DNA of 64,000 nucleotides, from the NCBI GenBank assembly GCA_002723035.1, contig PBNH01000021.1:1272-65271 (forward strand), given 5' to 3'. The position numbers were made by a program, and so were the translations under genes. The notes below the pieces were generated by a model. That model was not told the DNA's origin and did not search any database. It saw only the letters and a program-made list of their open reading frames with translations. The stretch comes from Rhodobiaceae bacterium. Its GTDB lineage: Bacteria; Pseudomonadota; Alphaproteobacteria; MED-G09. This document shows, in pieces, positions 10,008 through 21,078 of the stretch; the stretch's first letter is position 1; each line of letters begins with the position of its first letter.

Positions 10008-11210
10008 ATGTTAAATTTAAGAAACTTAGATCAACTTTTAAAAGAAAATTTAAAAGATAAAATAATCTTTATTCGAGTAGACCTTAATGTTCCTGTAAAA
10101 GACAATATTGTTTTAGATGATACAAGAATAGAGAGAATTACCCCAACAATTAATGAATTACTAGATAAAGGTTCAAAAATTTGTCTATTATCTCACTTTG
10201 GAAGACCTAATGGTTCCAATAACAAAGAATTTTCTCTCTCGAAAGTCATAGCACCATTGGAAAAATATTTAAAAAAAAATATCCTATTTATAGAAAATTC
10301 TTTTGAAGATAATGTAAAAAATAAGATACGATCATCCTCAATAGATGAGATAATTTTATATGAAAATACAAGGTTTCATAACGGTGAAGAAAAAAATGAT
10401 AAAGATTTAGCAATGAAGGTTGCTCAAAATGGCGATTATTTTGTAAATGATGCATTTTCAGTTTCACACAGATCTCATGTTTCGACAGTAGGTATTGCAG
10501 AATATCTCCCTTCTTTTTCTGGAAGATATTTAGAGAAAGAAATTTTAATGATTAATAAATCCTTAAATACCGGCTTAGGGAAAAGACTTGGTATTATTGG
10601 TGGCTCAAAAATATCTACAAAATTAAAAGTTCTTGAAAATCTTACAGAAAATGTTGATAAACTTTTCGTTGGAGGAGGAATGGCTAATACTTTTCTTCTC
10701 GCGCAAGGTTATAAGATTGGAAAATCTCTGTGCGAAAGATCGATGATTAATACAGCAAATAATATTTTGTTAAAGGCAGATAAAAATAATTGTGAAATAA
10801 TTTTACCTGCTGATGCATTGGTTGCAAAGGATATGGAAAAAGGAACATCATTTAACGAAACATCGGTTGATGAAATTCCCCCTGATGCTTTAATATTAGA
10901 CATAGGCTCTAAAACAATTAGTAAAATTATTAGCATTCTTCAAGAAATGTCGACTGTTGTTTGGTGTGGACCTCTTGGTTTATTTGAACTAAATCCCTTT
11001 CAGACAGGAACAGTTTCTATTGCAAAAGAAATAGCGATACTTACAAAAAATAAAAAAATTATTTCAGTGGCTGGTGGTGGCGATACTGTTGCTGCTTTAA
11101 GTCAATCAAATTATAATAAGGAATTTACATATATATCTACTGCTGGTGGAGCGTTTTTAGAATTATTAGCTGGTGAAATATTACCAGGATTAGAAATATT
11201 AAGAAAATAA
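10008..11210 (+). CDS. pgk: Phosphoglycerate kinase
   Basis: 400 aa. VRVDLNVP N-terminal motif, C-terminal GGGD motif. Confidence 0.95.
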   Translation: MLNLRNLDQLLKENLKDKIIFIRVDLNVPVKDNIVLDDTRIERITPTINELLDKGSKICLLSHFGRPNGSNNKEFSLSKVIAPLEKYLKKNILFIENSFEDNVKNKIRSSSIDEIILYENTRFHNGEEKNDKDLAMKVAQNGDYFVNDAFSVSHRSHVSTVGIAEYLPSFSGRYLEKEILMINKSLNTGLGKRLGIIGGSKISTKLKVLENLTENVDKLFVGGGMANTFLLAQGYKIGKSLCERSMINTANNILLKADKNNCEIILPADALVAKDMEKGTSFNETSVDEIPPDALILDIGSKTISKIISILQEMSTVVWCGPLGLFELNPFQTGTVSIAKEIAILTKNKKIISVAGGGDTVAALSQSNYNKEFTYISTAGGAFLELLAGEILPGLEILRK

Positions 11211-11221
11211 GGGAAAATGAA

Positions 11222-12232
11222 ATGACAGATATTAATGAGATAGCAAAACAAATGGTAGCTCCTGGAAAAGGAATCCTAGCTGCTGATGAGAGTTCAGGTA
11301 CTATTAAAAAAAGGTTTGATTCAATTAATGTTAAGTCAACAGAAGATAACAGAATGAATTACAGAAGAATTTTATTTGAGACTGAAGAAGCAATGAAAAA
11401 TTATATTTCTGGCGTAATTCTTTTTGATGAAACAATAAGACAATCAAATAAAGACGGTGAAAAGCTAATTGATATTATAAATAAAGCAGGTTCACTTCCT
11501 GGTATTAAAGTTGATATGGGAGCCAAGGAATTAGCAATGATGTCTGGTGAAACTGTAACCGAGGGTTTAGATGGATTAAGGGAAAGATTAGAAGAATACT
11601 CATGCTTGGGTGCTAAATTTGCGAAATGGAGAGCTGTCATAGCAATTTCAGATAGTCTTCCCTCTACTCTTTGTATTGATACAAACTCTCATGCTCTTGC
11701 AAGATATTCTGCTCTTTGCCAAGAGGCAGGCATAGTTCCTATTGTTGAACCAGAAGTATTAATGGACGGCTTTCATTCAATCGAGAGATGTTATGAAGTA
11801 ACAAAGAAAACCCTTATGAAAGTTTTTGATGATTTAGTTAAACATAAAGTTAATCTAGAGGGAATTTGCCTAAAACCTAATATGATCATAGATGGAAAAG
11901 ACTCCACTAAAAAATCTTCACCTGAAGAAATTGCACATATGACAGTCAATTGTTTTAGAGAAACTGTTCCATCTGAGGTTCCTGGAATAGTCTTTTTATC
12001 TGGTGGCCAATCTGAAGTTGAAGCAACTGAGAACCTTAATGCAATTAATAAGATCGAAGGAACTCCATGGAACTTAAGTTTTTCTTATGGTAGAGCTCTT
12101 CAAGCTTCAGCCTTGCAAGCATGGAGAGGCTTACAGGAAAATGAAGAGGAATGCTCAAAAGCTTTCTCTCATAGAGCAAAAATGAATTCACTTGCAACAA
12201 AGGGTATATGGACTAAAGACCAGGAAAATTAA
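11222..12232 (+). CDS. fba: Fructose-bisphosphate aldolase, class I
   Basis: 336 aa. GKGILAADES N-terminal motif of class I (Schiff-base) aldolases. Completes the tkt-gap-pgk-fba operon. Confidence 0.9.
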   Translation: MTDINEIAKQMVAPGKGILAADESSGTIKKRFDSINVKSTEDNRMNYRRILFETEEAMKNYISGVILFDETIRQSNKDGEKLIDIINKAGSLPGIKVDMGAKELAMMSGETVTEGLDGLRERLEEYSCLGAKFAKWRAVIAISDSLPSTLCIDTNSHALARYSALCQEAGIVPIVEPEVLMDGFHSIERCYEVTKKTLMKVFDDLVKHKVNLEGICLKPNMIIDGKDSTKKSSPEEIAHMTVNCFRETVPSEVPGIVFLSGGQSEVEATENLNAINKIEGTPWNLSFSYGRALQASALQAWRGLQENEEECSKAFSHRAKMNSLATKGIWTKDQEN

Positions 12233-12247
12233 TATTAAGGATTTCTA

Positions 12248-12811
12248 ATGAAGATTAATGGTAATGAGATTAAACCGGGTAATATAATTCAACACAACAA
12301 TGGAATTTGGGTTGCTGTAAAGACCTCGCATGTAAAACCTGGGAAAGGAGGAGCTTTTGCTCAAGTAGAATTGAAAAAAATACCAGATGGCACCAAGCTT
12401 AATGAGAGATTTCGTGCATCAGAAACAGTAGAGAGATTAAGGCTTGATAACAAATCTTATCAATACTTATATACTGAGGGAAACCTTGCCTCATTTATGG
12501 ATAAAGAAACATATGAGCAAATTGAATTATCTTTAGATTTTATAGGTGAAAAAACAGCATTACTTCAAGATGGAATGGATGTAGAAATCGAGAGTCATGA
12601 AGGAACACCTATTAATATTACCCTACCCGATCAAGTTACTTTAATTGTAAAAGAAACTGAACCAACTGTTAAAGGACAGACCGCAGCTGCATCATATAAA
12701 CCTGCAATATTGGATAATGGAATAAGAGTAATGGTACCACCATTCGTGCAGACTGATGAGAAAATTATTATTAATACAGAAGACTTATCTTATGTTAAAC
12801 GTGTTGATTAA
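12248..12811 (+). CDS. efp: Elongation factor P
   Basis: 187 aa. [14 protein letters not shown] motif around the modified lysine. Confidence 0.9.
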   Translation: MKINGNEIKPGNIIQHNNGIWVAVKTSHVKPGKGGAFAQVELKKIPDGTKLNERFRASETVERLRLDNKSYQYLYTEGNLASFMDKETYEQIELSLDFIGEKTALLQDGMDVEIESHEGTPINITLPDQVTLIVKETEPTVKGQTAAASYKPAILDNGIRVMVPPFVQTDEKIIINTEDLSYVKRVD

Positions 12812-13593
12812 TGGACTCACCACTTATAAATATAATGAAAAAGGCTGCAAAAAAAGCCTCAAGAGGATTAAGGCGAGATTTTAATGAGCTTGAAAATCTC
12901 CAGGTTAAAACCAAAGGCCCTGCAAACTTTGTAACAGCTTCAGATATAAGAACTCAAAAAATAATTTATGATGAATTATCATATGCAAAACCAGATTGGT
13001 CCTTTGTAATGGAAGAGTCTAAGCCAATAGAAAATAAAAATACAAAAGCCAGATTTATAGTAGACCCAATTGATGGCACAACAAACTTTATGCATGGAAA
13101 TCCTAACTTTGCTATTTCAATTGCAGCTGAAATTGATAACCGATTAGAAGCAGCAATTATTTATTCCCCCATAACAGATGAAATGTTTGCTGCAGAAAGG
13201 GGCAAAGGATCTTTTTTAAATGATAAAAGAATAAGAGTAGCAACCAGAAAAAAACTATCTGAGTCAATTTTGATAACAGGAATTCCTCATTTAGGAAGGG
13301 GTAACAAAGAATTATTTATAAAAGAAATGGATATGATTATTCCGGAGGTTGCTGGTATAAGAAGATCTGGTTCCGCAGCCCTCGATCTAGCATGGATTGC
13401 CGCTGGTAGGTACGATATTTTTTGGGAAAGGGGTCTTTCTATTTGGGACATAGCAGCTGGGGTTCTATTGGTACGTGAAGCAGGTGGCTTTGCAAAAGGA
13501 ATTGATGGTAGTGATAAAGACCTTTGGAATGGAAATGTTATATCTGGTAATGATGATATAATCATAACTTTTAGTAAAAAATTAGGTTTTTAA
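12811..13593 (+). CDS. suhB: Inositol monophosphatase family protein (SuhB-like)
   Basis: 260 aa. DPIDGT and WDIAAG motifs of the IMPase family. Confidence 0.85.
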   Translation: MDSPLINIMKKAAKKASRGLRRDFNELENLQVKTKGPANFVTASDIRTQKIIYDELSYAKPDWSFVMEESKPIENKNTKARFIVDPIDGTTNFMHGNPNFAISIAAEIDNRLEAAIIYSPITDEMFAAERGKGSFLNDKRIRVATRKKLSESILITGIPHLGRGNKELFIKEMDMIIPEVAGIRRSGSAALDLAWIAAGRYDIFWERGLSIWDIAAGVLLVREAGGFAKGIDGSDKDLWNGNVISGNDDIIITFSKKLGF

Positions 13594-13646
13594 TACTTGC
13601 ATGAGATACAAATGCAATGTAGAACGTTCAAAAAAAAGGTAATTTA

Positions 13647-13937
13647 ATGAAAAAAGATACTCATCCTGACTATCATATGATTACGGTTAAAATGACCGAT
13701 GGCTCAAGCTTTCAAACACGCTCAACTTGGGGTGAAGCCAATAGTACCTTAGTTTTAGATATTGATCCTACAACACACCCTGCATGGACTGGCGGTGGTC
13801 AGAAAATCCTAGACCGTGATGGAAGAGTTGGTAAGTTTAATAAAAAATTTGAAGGTTTTCTTGGTGATTCATCAAAAAACGATAGTTCTGAAAAGAATAC
13901 CTCAGATAATCCAGCCCAAGAGGAAACTAAGTCCTAA
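13647..13937 (+). CDS. rpmE: 50S ribosomal protein L31 with C-terminal low-complexity extension
   Basis: [10 protein letters not shown] start, typical L31 core of about 70 aa plus an acidic tail. Confidence 0.85.
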   Translation: MKKDTHPDYHMITVKMTDGSSFQTRSTWGEANSTLVLDIDPTTHPAWTGGGQKILDRDGRVGKFNKKFEGFLGDSSKNDSSEKNTSDNPAQEETKS

Positions 13938-13960
13938 TTTTATTATAGAATTAAATCAAT

Positions 13961-14149
13961 TTATTTTTTGAAAATACTCTCAGCATTGTTTTTAGATAGT
14001 TTTTTAAATTCTATTTTCTTTTCTATCCTATCTATTTCTTCTTTAAGAGATAAAATTCTTTCCTTAAGCTCATTAATACTTAATTCATCAAGATTTTCTC
14101 TTTTAAGCTCATCAATAATCGATTGTTTTATTAAAACTTTATCTTCCAT
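13961..14149 (-). CDS. DUF1192-like small coiled-coil protein
   Basis: 62 aa. The LSINELKERILSLKEEIDRIEKKI pattern resembles the alphaproteobacterial DUF1192 family. Confidence 0.5.
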   Translation of the reverse strand: MEDKVLIKQSIIDELKRENLDELSINELKERILSLKEEIDRIEKKIEFKKLSKNNAESIFKK

Positions 14150-14313
14150 TAATTAATCCATTGATTATTCTTACTTTTTCAACAATATTATTAATTCTAT
14201 AACCTTAGTTTATTATTTTATAGATTTTTATACAGAGTTTTTTACAAATTACATTTTATCTTATATAGATTGCCCTTAGTAATTTATAAAAATTATTACT
14301 TTTGGAGAAAAAT

Positions 14314-15093
14314 ATGAGTCAACCATTAATGCCTAAAGCTACAGCTGTTTGGCTAATAGATAATACAGCATTAACTTTTGAACAAATTGCTGACTTTTGC
14401 AGTTTACATATACTTGAAGTTAAAGGGATTGCTGATGGCGATGTGGATCATGGTATCAGAGGTGCTGATCCTATTGCGGCAGGTCAACTTACAAGATTAG
14501 AAATTGAAGATTGTCAAAAAGATAAAAATGCAAGGTTAAAGGCTATTCAAAAAAGAGGTGATCTACCTGAAGTTGCGAGAAGAGTTGGAAAGAAATATAC
14601 ACCTTTATCTAAAAGACAAGACAGACCAGACTCTATTTTTTGGTTAGTAAGAAATCATCCTGAGCTTTTAGATTCTCAAATTGGAAAACTTGTTGGAACT
14701 ACAAAATCTACAATTCAATCTATACGAGATAGAACACACTGGAACTCTGCAAACCTTACTCCTGTTGACCCCGTATCAGTTGGATTATGTACCCAAGTAG
14801 ACCTTGATAACGCTGTTCAGAAAGCCTTCAAAAGAATTGAAAAAAGAAAAGCTGAAGAAGCAAAAAAGTATGAGAGTGAGGGAATATCAGCTCCTGAAAA
14901 TATAAATAAAGAGCAAGTTAAAGAAATAAATGTTGAGCAAAATTTAGAGCCAGTTAATACCGAGTATGAAACAGCTACAGAAAAAAATGTTGAAGAAAAA
15001 ACATTGCTTGAAGACAATAACAATCAACAAGAAAAAGAATACACCTCAGATAGTGTTTTTGCAAAACTCAATGAATTAAAAAAAGAAGATTAA
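14314..15093 (+). CDS. DUF1013-family protein. The GGAGA Shine-Dalgarno favours an ATG start at 14314 over the ORF-track start at 14302.
   Basis: MSQPLMPKATAVWLIDNTALTFEQIADFC N-terminus, as in alphaproteobacterial DUF1013 proteins. C-terminal acidic/K-rich tail. Confidence 0.7.
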   Translation: MSQPLMPKATAVWLIDNTALTFEQIADFCSLHILEVKGIADGDVDHGIRGADPIAAGQLTRLEIEDCQKDKNARLKAIQKRGDLPEVARRVGKKYTPLSKRQDRPDSIFWLVRNHPELLDSQIGKLVGTTKSTIQSIRDRTHWNSANLTPVDPVSVGLCTQVDLDNAVQKAFKRIEKRKAEEAKKYESEGISAPENINKEQVKEINVEQNLEPVNTEYETATEKNVEEKTLLEDNNNQQEKEYTSDSVFAKLNELKKED

Positions 15094-15108
15094 AAATAGA
15101 GAGTTAGT

Positions 15109-15612
15109 GTGAATAAAAAATCTGATCAAAAAAACCTAGTTTCAGTAGTGATGGGAAGTAAGTCAGATTGGGAAACCATGCAAGATGCATGCGATATTTT
15201 AGATGAGCTTAAGATACCATATGAAACTAAAATAGTTTCTGCACATCGTACACCCAATAGACTCTTTGATTTCGCAAAAAAAGCTAAATCTAATGGCATT
15301 AGTGTAATCATAGCTGGAGCAGGTGGGGCGGCTCATCTACCAGGAATGATTGCTTCATTAACAACGCTTCCTGTTCTTGGTATCCCTATTGAGACTAAAT
15401 CTTTAAAAGGAATTGATAGTTTACTATCAATCCTTCAAATGCCCGCAGGTGTTCCGGTTGGAACACTAGCAATTGGATCAGCTGGAGCAAAAAATGCTGC
15501 TTTATTAGCTGCATCAATATTATCAAATAAAAATTCAAAAATTTCTAAAGGTTTAGATAATTGGCGCCAAAAACAAACAAAATCAGTATCTTCAAGTCCA
15601 ATTGATGACTAG
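15109..15612 (+). CDS. purE: N5-carboxyaminoimidazole ribonucleotide mutase
   Basis: VVMGSKSDW and GGAAHLPGM motifs. GTG start. Confidence 0.9.
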   Translation: MNKKSDQKNLVSVVMGSKSDWETMQDACDILDELKIPYETKIVSAHRTPNRLFDFAKKAKSNGISVIIAGAGGAAHLPGMIASLTTLPVLGIPIETKSLKGIDSLLSILQMPAGVPVGTLAIGSAGAKNAALLAASILSNKNSKISKGLDNWRQKQTKSVSSSPIDD

Positions 15613-16666
15613 GCCTATCATTGGAATACTAGGCGGTGGTCAATTAGGAATGATGCTATGTGACGCAGCAAAAAAAATAGGCGTTGAAACTCATATTTTT
15701 TGCCCAGAATATGATTGTCCGTCTAAAGGAAGATCAACTTATTTTAGCGTTGGGGATTATACCAATAAAAAGGAAATAATTAAATTTTCAAATAATGTTG
15801 ATTATATTACCTATGAATTTGAAAATATACCTATTGAAACAATCGATTTCATAACAGATCAAAAAAAAATAAGACCAGGAAAAAAAAGCTTATTATTAAC
15901 CCAAGATAGATTGATTGAAAAACAATTTTTAGATGAATTAAAAGTGCCTATTGCTCCATATAAAAATTTAAGAACTATAGACGATATATCTTCCGCACAG
16001 GATGAGTTTATTAATGGTATAATTAAAACTAGAACTCTTGGTTATGATGGAAAGGGACAGTCTAGTCTTAAAGATACTGATAACCCACGTGAAGTTTTTA
16101 GTAAGATTCTCAATAATTCAATTATTGAAAAAAGAATACCTTTTGAATTTGAAGTATCTGTTATAATTGCAAGAGATATTAAAGGTAATACATCTTTTTT
16201 TCCTATAGGAAAAAATATTCATGAAAATCACATACTAAAACATACATACAATCCAATAAGTATATCTGAAAATCAAACCAAAAAACTTATTAATTATTCA
16301 GAAAAAATAATCACTGAACTTAATCACATAGGTGTTCTTGCAGTAGAATTCTTCATTACAAAAGATCAAATCTTAGTCAATGAAATTGCTCCAAGAGTTC
16401 ATAATTCCGGTCATTGGACTATTGATGCATGCAGCATAAGTCAATTTGAGCAACACATGATATGTGTATCAGGGAATATAGTTAGGGAACCAGTATTAAA
16501 AAATAGCGCCCATATGATTAATATTATAGGAGAAGAAATAGAAGATTGGTGTGATAAAAATAATACAGAAATGGTAAAAATTCATCTTTATAATAAAAAA
16601 GAAGCAAAAAAAGGTAGAAAAATGGGTCATGTAACAGAATTATTTAGTAAAGACAAAATTTTTTAA
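15602..16666 (+). CDS. purK: N5-carboxyaminoimidazole ribonucleotide synthase
   Basis: 354 aa ATP-grasp protein. 11-nt overlap with purE, as in classical purEK operons. Confidence 0.9.
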   Translation: MMTRPIIGILGGGQLGMMLCDAAKKIGVETHIFCPEYDCPSKGRSTYFSVGDYTNKKEIIKFSNNVDYITYEFENIPIETIDFITDQKKIRPGKKSLLLTQDRLIEKQFLDELKVPIAPYKNLRTIDDISSAQDEFINGIIKTRTLGYDGKGQSSLKDTDNPREVFSKILNNSIIEKRIPFEFEVSVIIARDIKGNTSFFPIGKNIHENHILKHTYNPISISENQTKKLINYSEKIITELNHIGVLAVEFFITKDQILVNEIAPRVHNSGHWTIDACSISQFEQHMICVSGNIVREPVLKNSAHMINIIGEEIEDWCDKNNTEMVKIHLYNKKEAKKGRKMGHVTELFSKDKIF

Positions 16667-16754
16667 CTTTTTAAAAATATAAATTATTTGTTTACTAGAC
16701 ATTATTAATCACCTTTGGTAATCAAACTGAATAAATAACTAATATAGGATTTAA

Positions 16755-16997
16755 ATGGAAGTTTCAGTAAGAGATAACAACGTAGAACAAGCGTTGAGAG
16801 TTTTAAAAAAGAAAATGCAAAGAGAAGGTGTTTTTAGAGAGGTAAAACTAAGAAACTGTTACGAAAAACCATCTGAAAAGAAAGCTAGAGAGCATTCCGA
16901 GTCAATAAGAAGAGCAAGAAAATTAGCGAGAAAAAGAGCAATGCGTGAAGGTCTTATTCCAATGAAGAAGAGCTCTGATGAAAGAAAATCTTATTAA
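16755..16997 (+). CDS. rpsU: 30S ribosomal protein S21
   Basis: 80 aa, basic. VREGESLEQALRRFKRK-like N-terminus (here [16 protein letters not shown]). Confidence 0.9.
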   Translation: MEVSVRDNNVEQALRVLKKKMQREGVFREVKLRNCYEKPSEKKAREHSESIRRARKLARKRAMREGLIPMKKSSDERKSY

Positions 16998-17011
16998 ATA
17001 ATTACTAATCT

Positions 17012-18427
17012 TTATATACTGGCAGAAATATCCTCTGACATTTTTTTTGCATCATCAAGAAGCATCATGGTATTTTCTTGGTAGAATAAATCGTTATCGA
17101 TACCCGCATAACCAATTCCTAAGCTTCTTTTTACAAATAAGACTGTCTTGGCATTTTCAACCTCTAAAATAGGCATACCAAAAATAGGACTATTAGGATC
17201 AGATTTAGCTGCTGGATTAGTAACGTCATTAGCACCTATTACAAATGCAACATCAGCTTGAGCAAAGTCTGAATTAATTTCAGTTAATTCATATATATCG
17301 TCATATGGTACATCAGCCTCAGCCAATAATACGTTCATGTGACCAGGCATTCTTCCTGCCACAGGATGAATTGCATAAGTAACTTTAATACCCATTTCTT
17401 TTAGTTTATCTACCATCTCTTTTAGAGAATTTTGAGCTCTAGCAACTGCCATACCATAACCAGGGACTATTATTACTGAACTTGCATTTTTAAGAATAAA
17501 AGCAGCATCATCTGCCGAACCTATCTTAACAGGTCTAGTCTCTTTAACTTTCTCACCTCCAATTCCTTCCTCACCAAATCCACCCATAATAACTGAAAAG
17601 AAAGATCTATTCATTGCAACACACATAATATATGAAAGTATAGCTCCAGAGGATCCAACTAACGCTCCTGTTATTACAAGGGCTAGATTATTCAGCGTGA
17701 AACCAATAATTGCAGCTGCAAATCCTGAATATGAATTCAGAACCGCTATAACTACAGGCATATCTGCACCACCAATTGGTATTATTAAAAGAAGGCCCAA
17801 TGTTAAAGATAGAACACTGATAATTAAGAATAAAAGCTGATCATTTTGCGATCCAGCTAAAATTAGATATGAGCAAAATAAAATAACAAATAAAACACTA
17901 ATAGATATTACATGTCTTAGTGGAAGAATAACTGGAGCACTCTTCATTAAACCTTGTAATTTTAGAAAAGCTATAACAGAACCTGAAAATGTTATTGCAC
18001 CAACAAAAATTCCTAATAACATCTCAACCATACTGGCAGTAGCAATATACCCATTAATTTCTAAGCCAAAAGCCGCTGGTGATAAAAATGCCGCCCATGC
18101 AACCAAAACAGCGGACATGCCTCCCATAGAATTTAAAGCTGCTACCATTTGAGGCATATCAGTCATTGCAACTTTTTTGGATAGAAATGTACCTATCAAG
18201 CCACCAATTGTTATACCTGCAACTATTAGTAGTAGATTTGAAAGAGAATTATCTTCAAGATTTAATATTGTTACCGTAAATGCTATTAGCATACCTGACA
18301 TACCAAGATAATTGCCAATTCTAGCAGTTTCTGGAGATGATAAACCTCTTATAGCAAGAATAAAGAATACCCCCGATAAGAGATATAATGATGCTGTTAA
18401 ATCTACTGACATAAAATCACTCAACAT
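17012..18427 (-). CDS. pntB: NAD(P) transhydrogenase subunit beta
   Basis: 471 aa polytopic membrane protein with a C-terminal NADP-binding domain (GYGMAVAQAQ, KRSLGIGYAGIDN). Confidence 0.9.
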   Translation of the reverse strand: MLSDFMSVDLTASLYLLSGVFFILAIRGLSSPETARIGNYLGMSGMLIAFTVTILNLEDNSLSNLLLIVAGITIGGLIGTFLSKKVAMTDMPQMVAALNSMGGMSAVLVAWAAFLSPAAFGLEINGYIATASMVEMLLGIFVGAITFSGSVIAFLKLQGLMKSAPVILPLRHVISISVLFVILFCSYLILAGSQNDQLLFLIISVLSLTLGLLLIIPIGGADMPVVIAVLNSYSGFAAAIIGFTLNNLALVITGALVGSSGAILSYIMCVAMNRSFFSVIMGGFGEEGIGGEKVKETRPVKIGSADDAAFILKNASSVIIVPGYGMAVARAQNSLKEMVDKLKEMGIKVTYAIHPVAGRMPGHMNVLLAEADVPYDDIYELTEINSDFAQADVAFVIGANDVTNPAAKSDPNSPIFGMPILEVENAKTVLFVKRSLGIGYAGIDNDLFYQENTMMLLDDAKKMSEDISASI

Positions 18428-18731
18428 CTTTTTTCACCTTCTTTTTGTACATTTCCAGCATACGTTGAGTTACAAGGAATCCACCAAAAATATTAACTGA
18501 AGCAAAGATTAGTGCAAAAAAAGAAACAATTTTTGATATTGTTCCAGATGTACCTGAGCTCTCAGTGCCCATGGCAATGATAGCACCAACAATAATCACA
18601 GCTGAAATAGCATTAGTAACTGACATTAAAGGTGTATGAAGGGCAGGTGTTACAGACCAAACAACATAATAACCAACAAAAATAGCTAGAACAAAAATGC
18701 TTCCATAATAAACTAAAGGACTAATATCCAT
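18417..18731 (-). CDS. pntAB: NAD(P) transhydrogenase subunit alpha part 2 (membrane portion)
   Basis: 104 aa, three transmembrane helices, lies between pntAA and pntB (split alpha subunit, alphaproteobacterial type). Confidence 0.85.
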   Translation of the reverse strand: MDISPLVYYGSIFVLAIFVGYYVVWSVTPALHTPLMSVTNAISAVIIVGAIIAMGTESSGTSGTISKIVSFFALIFASVNIFGGFLVTQRMLEMYKKKVKKDVE

Positions 18732-18749
18732 ATTTTTTACCTATTAAAT

Positions 18750-19865
18750 TTATTTAACAAAACTTTCAGATATTTTACTATCTTTAACGATATTTACCGC
18801 CTCAACAATCTCATCTTCCCAATTTAATTTTTGATCAGCACTTAAATCAATAAATAAAGACAAAAATGAATGTAAATTTCTTGAATATAAATTAGAAGCA
18901 TCGGGCGCTAATCCCGCTATCATATTCATATCACCAATAATTGTTACACCTTCAATTTCAGCATTTTCATTAGGGACCGTTAATTCACAATTCCCACCTC
19001 TTTCAATCGCCATATCAACTATAACAGAGCCAGACTTCATGGATCTAACCATATGCTCTGTCAATAAAGTAGGTGCGGTTTTTCCAGGTATTAGAGCTGA
19101 ACAAATCACAATATCTTGAGATTTTATATGCTCAGAAATTAACTTATTTTGTCTTTCTTGATAATCTTTTGACATTTCTTTTGCATAACCACCTGAATCC
19201 TCTGAGTCCTCATCTTCATCAACCATTATAAAGGAAGCACCTAAGCTTTCACACTGTTCACCAGCAGCCCTTCTAACATCAGTGGCCGAAACTACAGCAC
19301 CAAGTCTCTTTGCAGTTGCAATCGCCTGTAAACCAGCAACACCAACTCCCATTATAAAGATTTTTGCAGGAGCAATTGTACCGGCTGCAGTCATCATCAT
19401 AGGCATCGCCTTATTATAAAGGGAGGCACTATTAATTACTGCTTTGTATCCGGCTAAATTAGACTGTGAGGATAAAACATCCATTGATTGTGCTCTTGGA
19501 GATCTAGGAATTAACTCCATTGAAAATGCATTTATACCTTTACTCGATAAAAGCTCTAATTTTTCCTTATTATCATAAGGATTCAAGAGGCCTACAATAC
19601 ATGCACCCGATTTAATCTTATTTATGAGATTATTTTCAGGAATTCTTACACAAAAAATTACATCAGCATCAGAAATATTGTCTTGGTTATTATCGATATT
19701 TACGCCTACAGAAATGTAATCTTTATCATTAAATTTACTCAAATGACCAGCATCTTTCTCCAAAAAAACTTCAAAACCATCTTTAATAAACTTCTTGGCT
19801 ACATCAGGAACCAATGCTACGCGCTTTTCATCAATTGCAGTTTCTTTAACAATATATATTTTCAT
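18750..19865 (-). CDS. pntAA: NAD(P) transhydrogenase subunit alpha part 1
   Basis: 371 aa. Alanine-dehydrogenase-like NAD(H)-binding domain (GVGVAGLQAI). Confidence 0.9.
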   Translation of the reverse strand: MKIYIVKETAIDEKRVALVPDVAKKFIKDGFEVFLEKDAGHLSKFNDKDYISVGVNIDNNQDNISDADVIFCVRIPENNLINKIKSGACIVGLLNPYDNKEKLELLSSKGINAFSMELIPRSPRAQSMDVLSSQSNLAGYKAVINSASLYNKAMPMMMTAAGTIAPAKIFIMGVGVAGLQAIATAKRLGAVVSATDVRRAAGEQCESLGASFIMVDEDEDSEDSGGYAKEMSKDYQERQNKLISEHIKSQDIVICSALIPGKTAPTLLTEHMVRSMKSGSVIVDMAIERGGNCELTVPNENAEIEGVTIIGDMNMIAGLAPDASNLYSRNLHSFLSLFIDLSADQKLNWEDEIVEAVNIVKDSKISESFVK

Positions 19866-19968
19866 TTTAATTTATCTTTTATAAATGCTGGGTAATATTA
19901 GTTACGTTAAAAAATTGAAGTTTTCTAGTCTTTTTTTTATTTATTATGAATAACTTAAAAAAATTGAA

Positions 19969-20211
19969 TTATTTCTGATATTTATCCCTCCAATCTTTAT
20001 AAGGCATACCATATATTAATTCCCTTGCCTCATCTTTTGAAATCTCTTCTCCCAGCTCTAAAGAGGATTCTTGATACCACCTAGATATGCAATTTCTGCA
20101 AAAGCCAGCTAAATTCATAATATCTGCATTTTGAATATCATTCCTTTCCTGAAGATGGTTAACAAGTTTTCTAAAAGCAGCAGCCTCTATTTCAATTTTT
20201 TTTTCAGTCAT
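19969..20211 (-). CDS. DUF1244-family protein
   Basis: 80 aa. FRKLVNHLQERNDIQNADIMNLAGFCRNCISRWY, a conserved alphaproteobacterial small protein. Confidence 0.6.
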   Translation of the reverse strand: MTEKKIEIEAAAFRKLVNHLQERNDIQNADIMNLAGFCRNCISRWYQESSLELGEEISKDEARELIYGMPYKDWRDKYQK

Positions 20212-20229
20212 TAAATGAACCTCCAGTTT

Positions 20230-21009
20230 TTATTTTGCTAATGATGGATAAAAAGATTTTTCAAATAAAATAGAGTTATCCTTATTTGATAATAAAGGTT
20301 TTGAAATTAAATTTGCAAAAAATTTCTGACCTTTTCTATCAACTATTAAATCTTGCCTAATTTCTATTAAAATATTTGAAAGGCCCTTTATGGTTGCATG
20401 TTTATATAAGGTATCATTCTTTAACCGACCAGAGTAAGGTTTGTTGTCTCCAATAATTAAATTTTTATGTTTTTTTTTAAAATAATCAAAAAATATTTTT
20501 GGTAGACGATTATCATTATCCCACAATATACCAATATCAATATCTCTTTTTTTATTTTTCCAAAAAGGTGTAAAGCTATGAATTGATATGATTGAGGGGC
20601 TTTTATTATTCTTTTCATACACGTTAATTAATTCAGATATTTTATCATGATAAAGGTCATAAAAGTTTTTTATTCTATCGTTTTTCTGATCTCCTTCTTG
20701 AAAATTTTTAATACCTATATTGCCTTCAATTATATTATTATCAGATATTTTCATTATTAACGTTGGATCATCTATTCCTCTATTTGGATCAATTAATAAT
20801 CTTGAAAAATCTGTCATTACTAATGGGCAGTCTAAAATGTTAGATAATTTAATTGCCACCTCTTTTGAGCCTATATCATAAGCAATATGAGTATTTAATA
20901 TATCTTGACTTAAACCTAGCTCGTTAAATTTAGGGGGGATCTTATTTGATGCATGGTCACAAATTATGATAAAATTACTTTCTTTTTTTATATTCCTAAC
21001 TTGTATCAT
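20230..21009 (-). CDS. N-formylglutamate amidohydrolase family protein
   Basis: 259 aa. IICDHASN...SIHSFTP motifs of the HutG-like zinc-amidase family. Confidence 0.65.
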   Translation of the reverse strand: MIQVRNIKKESNFIIICDHASNKIPPKFNELGLSQDILNTHIAYDIGSKEVAIKLSNILDCPLVMTDFSRLLIDPNRGIDDPTLIMKISDNNIIEGNIGIKNFQEGDQKNDRIKNFYDLYHDKISELINVYEKNNKSPSIISIHSFTPFWKNKKRDIDIGILWDNDNRLPKIFFDYFKKKHKNLIIGDNKPYSGRLKNDTLYKHATIKGLSNILIEIRQDLIVDRKGQKFFANLISKPLLSNKDNSILFEKSFYPSLAK

Positions 21010-21078
21010 TTTTAGTTTCTTAAAAATTATTTGTAAAAGATTTTAACAAAATTAAGATGAATCTGTTACAAGATAATC

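Noticed and set aside
14150-14313. CtrA box (TTAA-N7-TTAAC) upstream of the DUF1013 gene, which is CtrA-regulated in other alphaproteobacteria
   Set aside because: Only imperfect half-site combinations (for example TTAATCCATTGATTA) were found. Cannot be supported without a position weight matrix scan.
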